Source: Pseudomonadota bacterium (GTDB lineage: Bacteria > Desulfobacterota > Binatia > Binatales > Binataceae). Taken from it: DNA of 64,000 bases. This document shows, one piece after another, positions 40,389-49,951 of this stretch. Below the pieces are notes generated by a model that was given only the letters and a program-made list of their open reading frames with translations, made no database searches and was not told where the DNA came from. The position numbers were made by a program, and so were the translations under genes. The number at the start of each line of letters is the position of its first letter. The stretch's first letter is position 1. The stretch is from the NCBI GenBank assembly GCA_021324455.1, contig JAJPJA010000039.1, forward strand, positions 35,594 to 99,593. The letters run 5' to 3'.

Positions 40389-42059
40389 TCAGGTCGGACG
40401 CAGAACGCGGCCGGGCAGAACTCCACGCGGCTGACCGTGATCGTACAGCACCTGGCCGTTGACCACGGTGTAATGCACGCCGGTCGCCGCCACCGTCAGG
40501 CGCATCCCGCCGCCCGGCAGGTCGAAGGCGGTTCGCGGACCTTTCTCGCCCACCGTGTCGTAGTCGAAAATAGCGATATCCGCGGCCATGCCCGGCGCCA
40601 GCCGTCCGCGGTCGCCGAGCCCGAAAAAGTCCGCCGGCTCCGATGTCATGCGCTTGACCGCGCGCTCCAGCGAGAACAGCTTTTCCTCGCGCACCCAATG
40701 CCCCACCATGTAGGTGCAGTAGGCGGCGCCGCAGAACATATCGACGTGCGCGCCGCCGTCGCCCAAACCGACCAACGTGCGATCGTCGGCCAGCAGCCCG
40801 CTCAGGTAGCGCTCGAAATCCTCGAAGATGCAGAACCTGGTCTGCAGCTTGTCCGCGATGGCGAGGTCCAAAAACGCGTCCACCGGCGCCTTGCCCGTTT
40901 CGCCCGCCACCTGGAGAATGCCTTTGCCCTCGAAATGGCGCAGCGCGGGATCGCTGACCTCGGCCACCGACATCGCCTTCCAGTTGCCGGAAAAGAAAAC
41001 TTCGGGTTTCTCGAGCCCCTGGGCAAAGGCCGCGCGGAACGCCGGATCGGACAGGATTTCGATCTGCTTCTCCAGCGGCTGATGGAATACCTGTTTCCAT
41101 TCGGCGCGCGGCGCGAACACGAACGGGTCGCGCAGCGCGAACAGGATCTTGTTGCCTTTGCTGACGATCTGGGGAATGCCTCCGCGCCGGATCAGCGGTT
41201 CGGCTTTCTTCAGCGTCGCCTCATGCGCCGTCAGATCGGTGATGCGCGGCAACAGCGCCGTCCAGGTCACCGGGCGTCCGCTATGCTCCAGCAGCAGGTC
41301 GACCAGTTCGTATTCCTGATCCGACAGCAGCCCCAAATCCTGCGTCAGCGCGATTTCGACCACGCCCCTGCCGCTGTGCTTCAGCACGTTAGCGTAGGCG
41401 GCGAGTTCGTCGCGGTCGGCCAGGCGGCAGGCGAGCGGGCGGCCCTTGTAGCCCAGATGCTGGCGGAAGACGGTGGTGGAAAAACCCAATGCGCCGGCGC
41501 CGATCGCTTCGCGCAGCAGCCCCGCGATGCGCTCGCGCTCATCGGGACGCGCCGCGCGCTGGCTCGATTCCTCGCCCAGCACGTAATGGCGCAGCGGCGT
41601 GAGCGGCACCAGAAAGCCGACGTTGATGCCCAGGCCGCGGTTTTGCGCCGCCTGCATGTACTGCGGAAAGCTTTCCCAATCCCAGGTGATACCGCGGGTC
41701 AGGACGTCAAACGGGATGCCTTCGACCGTGACCAGATCGCGCGTGACCATCTCATGCGCCTGCGCGCGGCAGGGCGCGATCCCCACGCCGCAGTTGCCGA
41801 TCACGACGCTGGTCACGCCATGCTCCGATGAGCAGGTGAGCAGGGGATCCCAGCAGATTTGCGCGTCGTAATGCGTATGCGGGTCGATAAAGCCGGGCGC
41901 CGCGATCAGGCCGGCGGCGTCGATCTCCTCGCGCGCTTTGCCCCCGAGGTTGCCGAGCGCGGCAATCCTGCCGCCGGCGACGCCGATATCGCCCTTAAAA
42001 CCGGGCGCTCCGGTGCCGTCAACGATCGTGGCTTTCCTGATGATCAGGTCGTAGTCCAT
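40389..42059 (-). CDS. N-acyl-D-amino-acid deacylase (D-aminoacylase) family amidohydrolase
   Basis: MDYDLIIRKATIVDGTGAPGFKGDIGVAGGRIAALG ... FIDPHTHYD is the typical D-aminoacylase N-terminus. 556 aa from the ATG at 42059; the upstream track extension was rejected. Confidence 0.8.
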   Translation of the reverse strand: MDYDLIIRKATIVDGTGAPGFKGDIGVAGGRIAALGNLGGKAREEIDAAGLIAAPGFIDPHTHYDAQICWDPLLTCSSEHGVTSVVIGNCGVGIAPCRAQAHEMVTRDLVTVEGIPFDVLTRGITWDWESFPQYMQAAQNRGLGINVGFLVPLTPLRHYVLGEESSQRAARPDERERIAGLLREAIGAGALGFSTTVFRQHLGYKGRPLACRLADRDELAAYANVLKHSGRGVVEIALTQDLGLLSDQEYELVDLLLEHSGRPVTWTALLPRITDLTAHEATLKKAEPLIRRGGIPQIVSKGNKILFALRDPFVFAPRAEWKQVFHQPLEKQIEILSDPAFRAAFAQGLEKPEVFFSGNWKAMSVAEVSDPALRHFEGKGILQVAGETGKAPVDAFLDLAIADKLQTRFCIFEDFERYLSGLLADDRTLVGLGDGGAHVDMFCGAAYCTYMVGHWVREEKLFSLERAVKRMTSEPADFFGLGDRGRLAPGMAADIAIFDYDTVGEKGPRTAFDLPGGGMRLTVAATGVHYTVVNGQVLYDHGQPRGVLPGRVLRPT

Positions 42060-42088
42060 GGTCCTTCCTTTTCGCCCGCCCTTTCCGC

Positions 42089-43198
42089 TTACGGCCGGTA
42101 AAAGGCCAGCGCGCTTTCCGCCATCACGATGCGGCGCATATCGGGTCGCAGCCGCTGTGCAATCTGTTGCGGCGCGCCGGGAAAGAAGCCGTCGGGATGG
42201 GGATAATCGGTGGCCCACAGGATATGCTCGGGTCCCAGGAAATCCGCCGCGAACTGCACCGACGCCTCCACCGGCTCGAATGACACCCAGCATTGACGGC
42301 GGAAGTAGTCGGAGGGCTTCATCCTGATTTCCGGATAGAACAGATGGCTGTCGGAGAAATGGCGGTCCATCCGATCCAGCCACGCCGGCATCCATCCGCC
42401 GCCCGCCTCCAGAAAGCCGAAGCGCAGTTTGGGAAAGCGCTCGCACACGCCGCCCCAGATTACGCACAGCGACGCCAGCATCATTTCCATCGTATGCGAG
42501 ACGATATGCTTGGCGCCGCGATTGGCGAAGCGGTCGGCGCCGATCGCCGGATTGCCGCCCAGTCCCTCATGGATTCCGATCGCGAAATCAAGCTCCTGCG
42601 CCGCGGCCCACAACGGGTCGTAGGCGCGGTCATCCAACTGCCGGTTGTTGTAGCGGTTGGGACGCACGAATCCCGATCGCATCCCCAACTCCTTGCGCGC
42701 AAAGCGCATCTCCTCGATCGCGTATTCCACCGACTGCATCGGCAGCATCGCCACCCCGAACAGCCGGTCCGGGTAGGGACTGCAATAGTCGGCCAGCCAT
42801 CGGTTGTAGGCGCGAAAGCAGGCAGCGGCGAATTTGGGATCTTCCACCGCGCCCATCCACAGGCCCATCGTGGGGTAGAGGAACACCGCGTCGATACCGT
42901 CGAGGTCGAGATCGGCGATGCGCGCGTGCGGATCGAACCCGCCCTTGCGCCCCTCGGCGTACTTCATGTCCTTGACCGTGTCGGCCCCCCCGCGCACCGC
43001 GTCGATCGCGCCCGCGGAGCCGATTCCGTCAAAGCCGGGAAAGGCGCGGCCGATAAACCACATCATCTCCTTGCCGCGCTCATCGATGAAGTATCTCGGC
43101 GCCTGATCGCGGTAAGCGGGATCGATATATCGCTGCCACAGATCGACCGGTTCGAGCACGTGGCCGTCGGAATCGATGACGTTGTAAGTGCGGCCCAT
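42089..43198 (-). CDS. amidohydrolase-2 family protein
   Basis: N-terminal IDSDGHVLEP and C-terminal WATDYPHPD, 369 aa. Paralogous to the gene at 30189-31304. Confidence 0.8.
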   Translation of the reverse strand: MGRTYNVIDSDGHVLEPVDLWQRYIDPAYRDQAPRYFIDERGKEMMWFIGRAFPGFDGIGSAGAIDAVRGGADTVKDMKYAEGRKGGFDPHARIADLDLDGIDAVFLYPTMGLWMGAVEDPKFAAACFRAYNRWLADYCSPYPDRLFGVAMLPMQSVEYAIEEMRFARKELGMRSGFVRPNRYNNRQLDDRAYDPLWAAAQELDFAIGIHEGLGGNPAIGADRFANRGAKHIVSHTMEMMLASLCVIWGGVCERFPKLRFGFLEAGGGWMPAWLDRMDRHFSDSHLFYPEIRMKPSDYFRRQCWVSFEPVEASVQFAADFLGPEHILWATDYPHPDGFFPGAPQQIAQRLRPDMRRIVMAESALAFYRP

Positions 43199-43638
43199 CG
43201 CAGCGCAACCTCCGCATAAACCCAGGCTTATCCGCGGCGATCGCCGCGGCTTCTCCGTAGCAAGCGTGTAACATGGGATCGCGGGCTTATCAATCGCGGG
43301 CGCGGGAACTCCGCAGCCGCTCGGTGCGGCGGGATTTCCGGACTATCCCGCGCGGGCGGCAGGCGGAAATCAACCGCGCAGGGTCAGCGCAGCCGCCAAT
43401 GCGGCCGAATGGTCTCATTTGACCAGATCCGCGAATAAAAATGAAGCGTTCGGGCCCTGCCCGGGTTTGAATCCTTGCGCGCCGCGCCGCGGGCCGGTTA
43501 TCGTTTGGGCCGTATGGATATCGTGCTGACTGTGCCGCGGCGTTCCCGCCTCGCCGCCCATTAGCGAGTCCATTACGTTTCACTCACCGCTTAGAGCGGG
43601 AAAACTTCAGGTCCGCACCATTAATCCGGATTGGAGCC

Positions 43639-44451
43639 ATGCTGGATCGTACGGAAGAGTTGCCGGCATATAATTACCTTGCCAGAACGATTATCGACTC
43701 GATCGAACGTTTGGCCGCCGCGCTTCATCGAAAGCGTATATACACGCCTGCGGCGCAGGCGGCGGACCCGGTCAAGGTGAATCTCGGCAGCGGGCTGCGG
43801 GTCGCGCCGGGATGGATCAACGTGGACGGCAGCCTCAAGACGCTGCTGGCCGGAAAGCCCGATTTCGTCATCGGTCTGGCGCATAACTTTCTCACCGACC
43901 GCAGCATTGCGCGGGAACAGTTCCGCGAGATTCTTTCCAATAATACTTTCGTCCATCACGACCTGAAATACGGCGTGCCGATGCCAGATTCGTCGGTGGA
44001 CTTCATCTATACTTCGCATACGCTGCATCATCTCTATCGGGATCAAGCCCAAAAACTTTTGAATGACTGCTGCAGGGCATTGAAACCGGGCGGAGTAATC
44101 AGAATAGCGGTGCCGGATCTCGAGTATATTTTCGCTCTATATGGAAAAGGCGAACGGGAGCGCGCGCTCGAATTTTTCTTCTACTCATCCACGCCGCGCC
44201 ATAGTCTGAGCTCGCGCCGCTATCAATATGATTTCGAAATGCTGCGGATGATGCTGCAGGCGGCGGGTTATGACAATATCCGCCGCTGCCGCTTCGGTGT
44301 GGGCCGCACGCCAGACCTCGACCGCCTCGACAATCGTCCGGACCAGACCCTTTTCGTCGAGGCCGAAAAGCCCCGCCAGACGGCGGATGAGGCCGCGGCC
44401 GGGCAGGCGCGGACGGATAACGGAATCAGCGGGAGGAACGGGCAAGCCTGA
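43639..44451 (+). CDS. class I SAM-dependent methyltransferase
   Basis: Methyltransferase fold motifs VNLGSG (motif I) and LKPGGVIRIAVPD (post I/II). A GGAG RBS is present. Confidence 0.7.
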   Translation: MLDRTEELPAYNYLARTIIDSIERLAAALHRKRIYTPAAQAADPVKVNLGSGLRVAPGWINVDGSLKTLLAGKPDFVIGLAHNFLTDRSIAREQFREILSNNTFVHHDLKYGVPMPDSSVDFIYTSHTLHHLYRDQAQKLLNDCCRALKPGGVIRIAVPDLEYIFALYGKGERERALEFFFYSSTPRHSLSSRRYQYDFEMLRMMLQAAGYDNIRRCRFGVGRTPDLDRLDNRPDQTLFVEAEKPRQTADEAAAGQARTDNGISGRNGQA

Positions 44452-45025
44452 GTGCCCGCGCGTAATCCTGCGGTGTGTTCACATTGAGGAAGCTGGTCAG
44501 TTCCGGATCGTAAGGACGCAGTTCGTCTTCGCTAACCATCCGCGCGTTTATCAGCCCCACGATCTCCCGCAAGCGGTGCTCGCCGCGCGCGATCATCGCA
44601 TCCAGCGCCGGCATGCAGCCTTTGGCGTAAACCGCGGCGAGCACCTGCGGCTGATTGCCCACCACCGGTATAGCGGCGTCATACCCAAACGCCATCGCAT
44701 ACAAAGCCAGTGCGACTTCCGCCTTCAACAGGGGCAAGTCGCAGGCGCAGACGAAGGCAAATGGGGCATGGACGGCGTCCAGTCCGCGGCGCAGAGCCGG
44801 AACCGGTCCCCGAAACGGCTCCGCGTCGCGGATTACGGCGGCCGCAAGGTGCGGGACGCCATGAGTTCCCGTTATGACCACCAAATCGGCGAAGCCGCGG
44901 GCCAATTCCGCGGCGATGGCCTCAACAATCGTAGCGCCGCCCCAGGCCAGGCTGGCTTTATCGGTGCCCATCCGGGCGCTGCGGCCGCCAGCCAGAATGA
45001 CTGCGCTTTTATCTTGCGGCGCCAT
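44426..45025 (-). CDS. mobA: molybdenum cofactor guanylyltransferase
   Basis: AVILAGGRSARMGTDKA is the MobA N-terminal nucleotide-binding motif. 199 aa. Its 3' end overlaps the 3' end of the convergent methyltransferase by 26 nt. Confidence 0.8.
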   Translation of the reverse strand: MAPQDKSAVILAGGRSARMGTDKASLAWGGATIVEAIAAELARGFADLVVITGTHGVPHLAAAVIRDAEPFRGPVPALRRGLDAVHAPFAFVCACDLPLLKAEVALALYAMAFGYDAAIPVVGNQPQVLAAVYAKGCMPALDAMIARGEHRLREIVGLINARMVSEDELRPYDPELTSFLNVNTPQDYARALRLARSSR

Positions 45026-45138
45026 CGGTTATGCCTGAGTTGGTCAGCTAAAGCGCGGCGCTGGCGAGCACGGCCACAAACGGCATCAGAGCGGCGGCAC
45101 ATTTTTCTACTTCAGCGCTAAAAATAGTTCCTTGCATA

Positions 45139-45193
45139 TTAAGCTTACGAAGGTGTGCCCTTTTTACACACCTACTCCTGTGCTAGCTTAAGA
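45139..45193. promoter_or_regulatory. cluster of palindromes and a hairpin in a relatively AT-rich divergent promoter region
   Basis: TAAGCTTA at 45140-45147. A 7-bp inverted repeat AGGTGTG-N9-CACACCT at 45151-45173. Overlapping GCTAGC and CTTAAG palindromes at 45182-45191. All lie between mobA (-) and the ImmA-like gene (+). Confidence 0.35.
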
Positions 45194-45196
45194 TTA

Positions 45197-46036
45197 ATGG
45201 CTGCCGCCGTTATAGCGAACAGGTCCATCCCTCCGGTGCCGGACGCGATTGAAGTCCGCAGTGCTGACGCCCTCATCGCCAGGCTACTCGAAGAACTCCA
45301 GATTTCGCTGGCTTCGGTCAACCAGCAATTGCTGGTGAAACTGGCCGACCTTAAAAAGGTTCTGGCCGCCGATTATCGCATGGTGCCGGGGATGCCGCCG
45401 GCGCCCATGATCGGAGAGCTCTCGCGCATCATCGAACGCGACATCCGCAGCCGCTTCGCCGGACTTTCCTCTGGCTGGAACAAGGACGACCTGTTGCGTC
45501 ATCTGGCCCGGGTATTCGGTCCGCGGGAGATTGAGGTCCGGGCGGAGCCCTATCGCCGCGGCGCGGGACTGGCGCTGCGGGGATTTTTTTGCCGCGCGGA
45601 AGTCAGTAAAAGAGCCAAGTTCGTGATTTTTCTCAACAGCGCCCATCCGCCGGCAGTCGTCGCCGCCACTTTCGGCCATGAGTTGGGTCATTACCTGTAC
45701 GGCTCGATGGTCACGGAAACCTCGGCTTTCAATGCTTTCATCGAGGGCAGCTTCACCCGCCATCTTAGCGACGAAAGCGAACTGTTCGCCGATTGCCTGG
45801 TGGCCCTTGCCGCCTACGATCGGCCGACGCTGAACCGGATCGTGGCGCGCGAAACCGGCTCGCCCGCGGATCGATGGATCACGCTGTTCAAGGAAATCCA
45901 TCGTTTGATCGATTCGCGCTATCAATTGAATCTCGCTCCGGGGCGGTTGGCCAACCTCAGCCGTATCGGCTATTTGACCGCGATGATCCATTTCTTCAAG
46001 CTGCGCCGGGCCCTGTTCCAACTCAACGGCCTTTGA
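45197..46036 (+). CDS. ImmA/IrrE-family (COG2856, DUF955) HEXXH metallopeptidase-like protein
   Basis: ATFGHELGHYLYG is the HEXXH zinc-binding motif in its usual context. The start is ambiguous: ATG at 45197, or the track's GTG at 45155, which would overlap the hairpin. Confidence 0.6.
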   Translation: MAAAVIANRSIPPVPDAIEVRSADALIARLLEELQISLASVNQQLLVKLADLKKVLAADYRMVPGMPPAPMIGELSRIIERDIRSRFAGLSSGWNKDDLLRHLARVFGPREIEVRAEPYRRGAGLALRGFFCRAEVSKRAKFVIFLNSAHPPAVVAATFGHELGHYLYGSMVTETSAFNAFIEGSFTRHLSDESELFADCLVALAAYDRPTLNRIVARETGSPADRWITLFKEIHRLIDSRYQLNLAPGRLANLSRIGYLTAMIHFFKLRRALFQLNGL

Positions 46037-46091
46037 ATCGGCCTGAGCGGGGCTGTCGCCCTGAGCGGGCGGAAGCGCGCATCGGCCACTT

Positions 46092-48710
46092 TTGCGCTGG
46101 GGCGCGGGCGCGGATATCTTAGCCGCCAACGTGGCTGTAAAAACCACAGGCCTGATTGCCCAATACCTGAGCATCAAGCAAAAGGTCCCCGATGCGATTC
46201 TCTTCTTCCGCCTGGGTGACTTCTACGAGATGTTCTTTGAGGACGCCGAACTCGCCTCGCGCATCCTGGACATACAACTGACCGCGCGTTCGCGCGAAGG
46301 CGCGCCCCTGTGCGGCGTGCCGTACCATTCCGCGGAGCCTTATATCGCCAAGCTGCTCAAAGCCGGCCACAAGGTCGCTATCTGCGAGCAGACCCCTGCG
46401 GCGGGCGCGCGCGGTCTGATGCCGCGTCAGATCGTGCGCGTGGTCACGCCGGGCACCGTCAACGACGAACTGGTCCTGAGCGCGGATGAAAAGAATTTTC
46501 TCAGTGCCGTGGCACCCGCGGCCAACGGCTTTGCGCTGGCTTCGGTCGACGTTTCCACCGGTGAGTTCCGCGTCACACAGCTTGCCAATCCGGCCAGCCT
46601 GCTCGAAGAGATCCGAAGAGTCGGCCCGCGCGAGATACTGGCGTCGCCCGAGCTGGGTGCGATGGCGGACCGGCTGGACGGGCTGCCGCTCAGCCGAACG
46701 CAGGATTCCTTTTGGGATCCGGCGCGCGCCGCCCAGGCGGTCGCGGGACGTTTCGGCGGATGCGAAGGATTGCCGCCTGCAATCATCGTCGCCGCCGGCG
46801 CCGCCCTGCTCTATCTCGAACAGACCTTTGGCGGCGAGCTGGCCCATCTGCGGCCCCCCGAACTCTACCAGGCCAGCCAGTATCTGCAGATCGACGAGGT
46901 CAGCCGGGCCCATCTGGAACTGGTCGTCTCCAGCGACGGCACGCGCAAAGGTTCGCTGCTGTCGGTCCTCGACCAAACCCGCACTGCGGCGGGCGCGCGG
47001 ACCCTGTCGTCATGGCTGCTCTATCCCCTGCTCGACATCGAAGCGATCCATCGGCGGCAGGACGCGATCGAGGAGCTGTACGACGCCGATTTGGGCGGCG
47101 ACGTCGCCCACGCCCTGGGGCGGATTGGCGATTTGGAGCGGCTGGTCGGACGCGCGGCCAGCCTGAAGGCGGGCCCGCGCGATTGCCTTAAGCTGGCAAT
47201 GGCGCTGCAGGCGGTCGCGGATTTGAAGCTGGCGTTCGCCAAGTTCCGCAGCGATGAGCTGCGCCGATGCGCCGGCGAGCTGGACCCGCTGCCCGAGGTT
47301 GGCGCGGAGATCATGGCCGCGCTCAGCGACGAACCGCCCGCCGCCGCGCGCGAGGGCAACGTGATTCGTATCGGCTATGACCCGAAGGTCGACGAACTGC
47401 GCGCGCTCAGTCTGGACGCCCGATCGGTTATCGCGCGGCTTGAGGCCCGCGAACGCCAACGCACCGCAATCCCCTCGCTGAAGGTCCGCTACAACCAGGT
47501 CTTCGGCTATTACCTCGAAGTCACCAAGGCGCATCTGGAACGCGTTCCGCCCGATTACGAGCGCAAGCAGACCCTGGTCGGAGCGGAACGCTTCACCACG
47601 GCGGAACTGAAAGAGCTGGAGCGCAAGATCCTGAGCGCCGAATCGGGTTTGAGGGAACTGGAAGCGGAGCTGTTCGTAAAGCTGCTGCGCTCGATCTCCG
47701 GCCGCGCCGACACTCTGGCCCGCACGGCGCGGGCGGTCGGCGAGCTGGACTGCCTGGTCTCGCTGGCCGAAGTCGCCCGCCGCCGCGGCTACGTGCGGCC
47801 GATCATCAATCACGCCACCGCGTTGAGCATCGCCGACGGACGCCATCCGGTGCTGGAGGCCGACCTCAAACGCGGCGAATTCGTTCCCAACGATCTGGAG
47901 GTCGATACCGAAGAACGCCAACTCCTTTTAATCACCGGTCCCAACATGGCGGGCAAATCGACCTATCTGCGCCAGGTTGCGCTGATCGTGATCATGGCGC
48001 AGGCGGGGAGCTTTGTTCCCGCCACCCAGGCGACCCTGGGACTGGTGGACCGGGTGTTCACGCGTATCGGCGCGCGCGATGATCTGCGGCGGGGCGAATC
48101 CACCTTCATGGTCGAGATGCGCGAGACGGCGCGGCTGCTGTCGGGGCTGGGCGAGCGCAGCCTGCTGCTGCTGGACGAAGTGGGCCGCGGCACCAGCACC
48201 TTTGACGGCCTCGCCATCGCCTGGTCGCTGGCCGAATATCTGCACGACCGCACCCGCGCTCGGATTCTTTTCGCCACTCATTTTCACGAACTGACCGACC
48301 TTGCGCGCGAGCGGCCGCGAGTCAAAAATCTGTGCATGGCGGTGCGGGAGTGGGGCGGCGACGTGATCTTTCTGCGCCGCGTGATCGAAGGCGCGGCCAG
48401 CCGCAGTTACGGTATCGAGGTGGCCAAACTGGCCGGTCTGCCGCAGACCCTCATCCTGCGCGCGCGCGAAATCCTCAACAACCTCGAGCAGGGCGAGCTC
48501 GACGCCAACGGGATGCCGCGGCTGGCGCGCGGACGTCAACGCGGCGCCGCGCAGGCCCGTCAGATGGATCTGTTCACACCGGCGGAGCGGCGCGCGTTGG
48601 ATGAACTCAAGCTGATCGACCCCGACCGCCTGACCCCCATCCAGGCGCTCAACACGCTGAGCCGGCTGACCGCGATGATCGAGAAACGGGACCAGTCCGA
48701 GGACCAATGA
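46092..48710 (+). CDS. mutS: DNA mismatch repair protein MutS
   Basis: Mismatch-binding N-terminus QYLSIKQKVPDAILFFRLGDFYEMFFEDA and Walker A GPNMAGKSTYLRQ. The start is TTG at 46092, or alternatively GTG at 46131. Confidence 0.92.
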   Translation: MRWGAGADILAANVAVKTTGLIAQYLSIKQKVPDAILFFRLGDFYEMFFEDAELASRILDIQLTARSREGAPLCGVPYHSAEPYIAKLLKAGHKVAICEQTPAAGARGLMPRQIVRVVTPGTVNDELVLSADEKNFLSAVAPAANGFALASVDVSTGEFRVTQLANPASLLEEIRRVGPREILASPELGAMADRLDGLPLSRTQDSFWDPARAAQAVAGRFGGCEGLPPAIIVAAGAALLYLEQTFGGELAHLRPPELYQASQYLQIDEVSRAHLELVVSSDGTRKGSLLSVLDQTRTAAGARTLSSWLLYPLLDIEAIHRRQDAIEELYDADLGGDVAHALGRIGDLERLVGRAASLKAGPRDCLKLAMALQAVADLKLAFAKFRSDELRRCAGELDPLPEVGAEIMAALSDEPPAAAREGNVIRIGYDPKVDELRALSLDARSVIARLEARERQRTAIPSLKVRYNQVFGYYLEVTKAHLERVPPDYERKQTLVGAERFTTAELKELERKILSAESGLRELEAELFVKLLRSISGRADTLARTARAVGELDCLVSLAEVARRRGYVRPIINHATALSIADGRHPVLEADLKRGEFVPNDLEVDTEERQLLLITGPNMAGKSTYLRQVALIVIMAQAGSFVPATQATLGLVDRVFTRIGARDDLRRGESTFMVEMRETARLLSGLGERSLLLLDEVGRGTSTFDGLAIAWSLAEYLHDRTRARILFATHFHELTDLARERPRVKNLCMAVREWGGDVIFLRRVIEGAASRSYGIEVAKLAGLPQTLILRAREILNNLEQGELDANGMPRLARGRQRGAAQARQMDLFTPAERRALDELKLIDPDRLTPIQALNTLSRLTAMIEKRDQSEDQ

Positions 48711-49951
48711 GAGCCGGGAGGCCACGCTCGGTTCCGCCGCCCGCATACCTGCTTTTCACATGGGTGTTGGTGGCTGCCGCAGCCGGCGCCGCGCCTCGCA
48801 GCGGCGCCGCCAACGTGCTGCGGCGGGCGTGGATCGAACATCGCGGGGCTATCTTCACGGTCCATATCCGCCTGAGCGGACGCCCGCGATGGACGCTCAG
48901 CCAGCAGGCGAGCCGATTGCAAATCGATCTGCCCGATACGCTTCCGAACTGGCCGCCCGATCAGTTTCTGCATGCGCCGGTCGGGTCTCTGGGTTCGGTC
49001 CGCATCGTGGGCGCGGGCGGCTCGATTCGGATCGAGATCGACGCGGCCGGCAGCGACTACGTGGTGGGCCGCCAGCATGACGACCTGATCATAGGGCTGG
49101 CGCCGCGCGGGGCTGGACCGCGAATTGCCGCCGTATTTTCCAGTCGGCGCAACGCCGCGCCGTCCCCTCGAATCGAACCGCGACAAACCGCTCGCGCCGA
49201 TCACGCCCCGGCTCCTTTGCTGGCGCCGGCCGTGGACGCCGATGGTTATGTCCGGGGACGTTCCGTGGTGGTCGTCGATCCCGGCCATGGCGGGCATGAC
49301 CCCGGCACCCGATCGGCCGGCGGGGTGCTGGAGAAAGATTTGGCCCTGCAGATCGGACGCCGCCTGGCCGCGGCGCTGGCCAATCGCGGGGTGAAGGCGT
49401 TGATGACCCGCGAGCGCGACGTCTATCTGACCCTGGCGCAGCGCACGGCAATCGCGAATCAGACCGGAGCGGACCTGTTCGTTTCGGTCCATCTGAACTG
49501 GAGCCCCAATCCGGGCACCACCGGAATGGAGGTTTACTACCTGAATAACACCACCGATCGCGCTACAATCAGGCTGGCGCGGATGGAAAACGCGGCCGAG
49601 CGCGGCGCAGCCCCGCTCGATCCCAACCTGAACTACATCTTGAGCGATCTCCAGCAACAGTATAAAGCCACCGAATCAGCCCTGCTGGCGCAAGCGATGG
49701 AACAGCAGACGGTGAGCGCGTTGGCGGGCGGCTTTGGCAATGACATCCGCGGCCTTGGAGCCAAACGCGGTCCCTTCTATGTTCTGGTCGGACCGCGGAG
49801 CCCGGCGGTGCTGGTCGAATGCGGTTTTCTGTCCAACCGGGCGGAAACGCAGCGCCTGTCCGATCCCGCCTATCAGCAGGCGATGGCGGACGCGCTGGCC
49901 GACAGCGTGGTGCATTACCTCAATCAGGACGTGAGCGCGGGGACATTGTGA
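48707..49951 (+). CDS. amiC: N-acetylmuramoyl-L-alanine amidase (Amidase_3, AmiC-type with N-terminal AMIN-like domain)
   Basis: The ATG overlaps the mutS TGA (ATGA). Catalytic region VVVDPGHGGHDPG ... DLFVSVHLNW ... GMEVYYLNN. Confidence 0.85.
   Translation: MRAGRPRSVPPPAYLLFTWVLVAAAAGAAPRSGAANVLRRAWIEHRGAIFTVHIRLSGRPRWTLSQQASRLQIDLPDTLPNWPPDQFLHAPVGSLGSVRIVGAGGSIRIEIDAAGSDYVVGRQHDDLIIGLAPRGAGPRIAAVFSSRRNAAPSPRIEPRQTARADHAPAPLLAPAVDADGYVRGRSVVVVDPGHGGHDPGTRSAGGVLEKDLALQIGRRLAAALANRGVKALMTRERDVYLTLAQRTAIANQTGADLFVSVHLNWSPNPGTTGMEVYYLNNTTDRATIRLARMENAAERGAAPLDPNLNYILSDLQQQYKATESALLAQAMEQQTVSALAGGFGNDIRGLGAKRGPFYVLVGPRSPAVLVECGFLSNRAETQRLSDPAYQQAMADALADSVVHYLNQDVSAGTL

Noticed and set aside
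38985-41831. + strand ORFs 38985-39911 and 39975-41831 and minus ORF 40309-41100
   Set aside because: Antisense or alternate frames of the sulfatase and D-aminoacylase genes.
42293-43219. 308-aa + strand ORF antisense to the amidohydrolase at 42089-43198
   Set aside because: Shadow ORF.
43440-43480. tRNA-like T-loop sequence GGTTTGAATCC
   Set aside because: I could not fold flanking sequence into acceptor, D and anticodon arms. Likely a coincidence.
43290-43583. 97-aa minus-strand ORF in the 440-bp intergenic region
   Set aside because: Arg-rich. No start context or domain.
45284-46177. 297-aa minus-strand ORF antisense to the ImmA-like gene; 46119-46976 and 47010-47921 antisense to mutS
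   Set aside because: Shadow ORFs.
48560-49657. 365-aa minus-strand ORF antisense to the amidase gene
   Set aside because: Shadow ORF.
49819-49947. Upstream part of the track's glnD ORF overlapping amiC by 130 nt
   Set aside because: The GTG at 49948, overlapping the amiC stop, gives a coupled start and a standard-length GlnD. The upstream extension has no homology.
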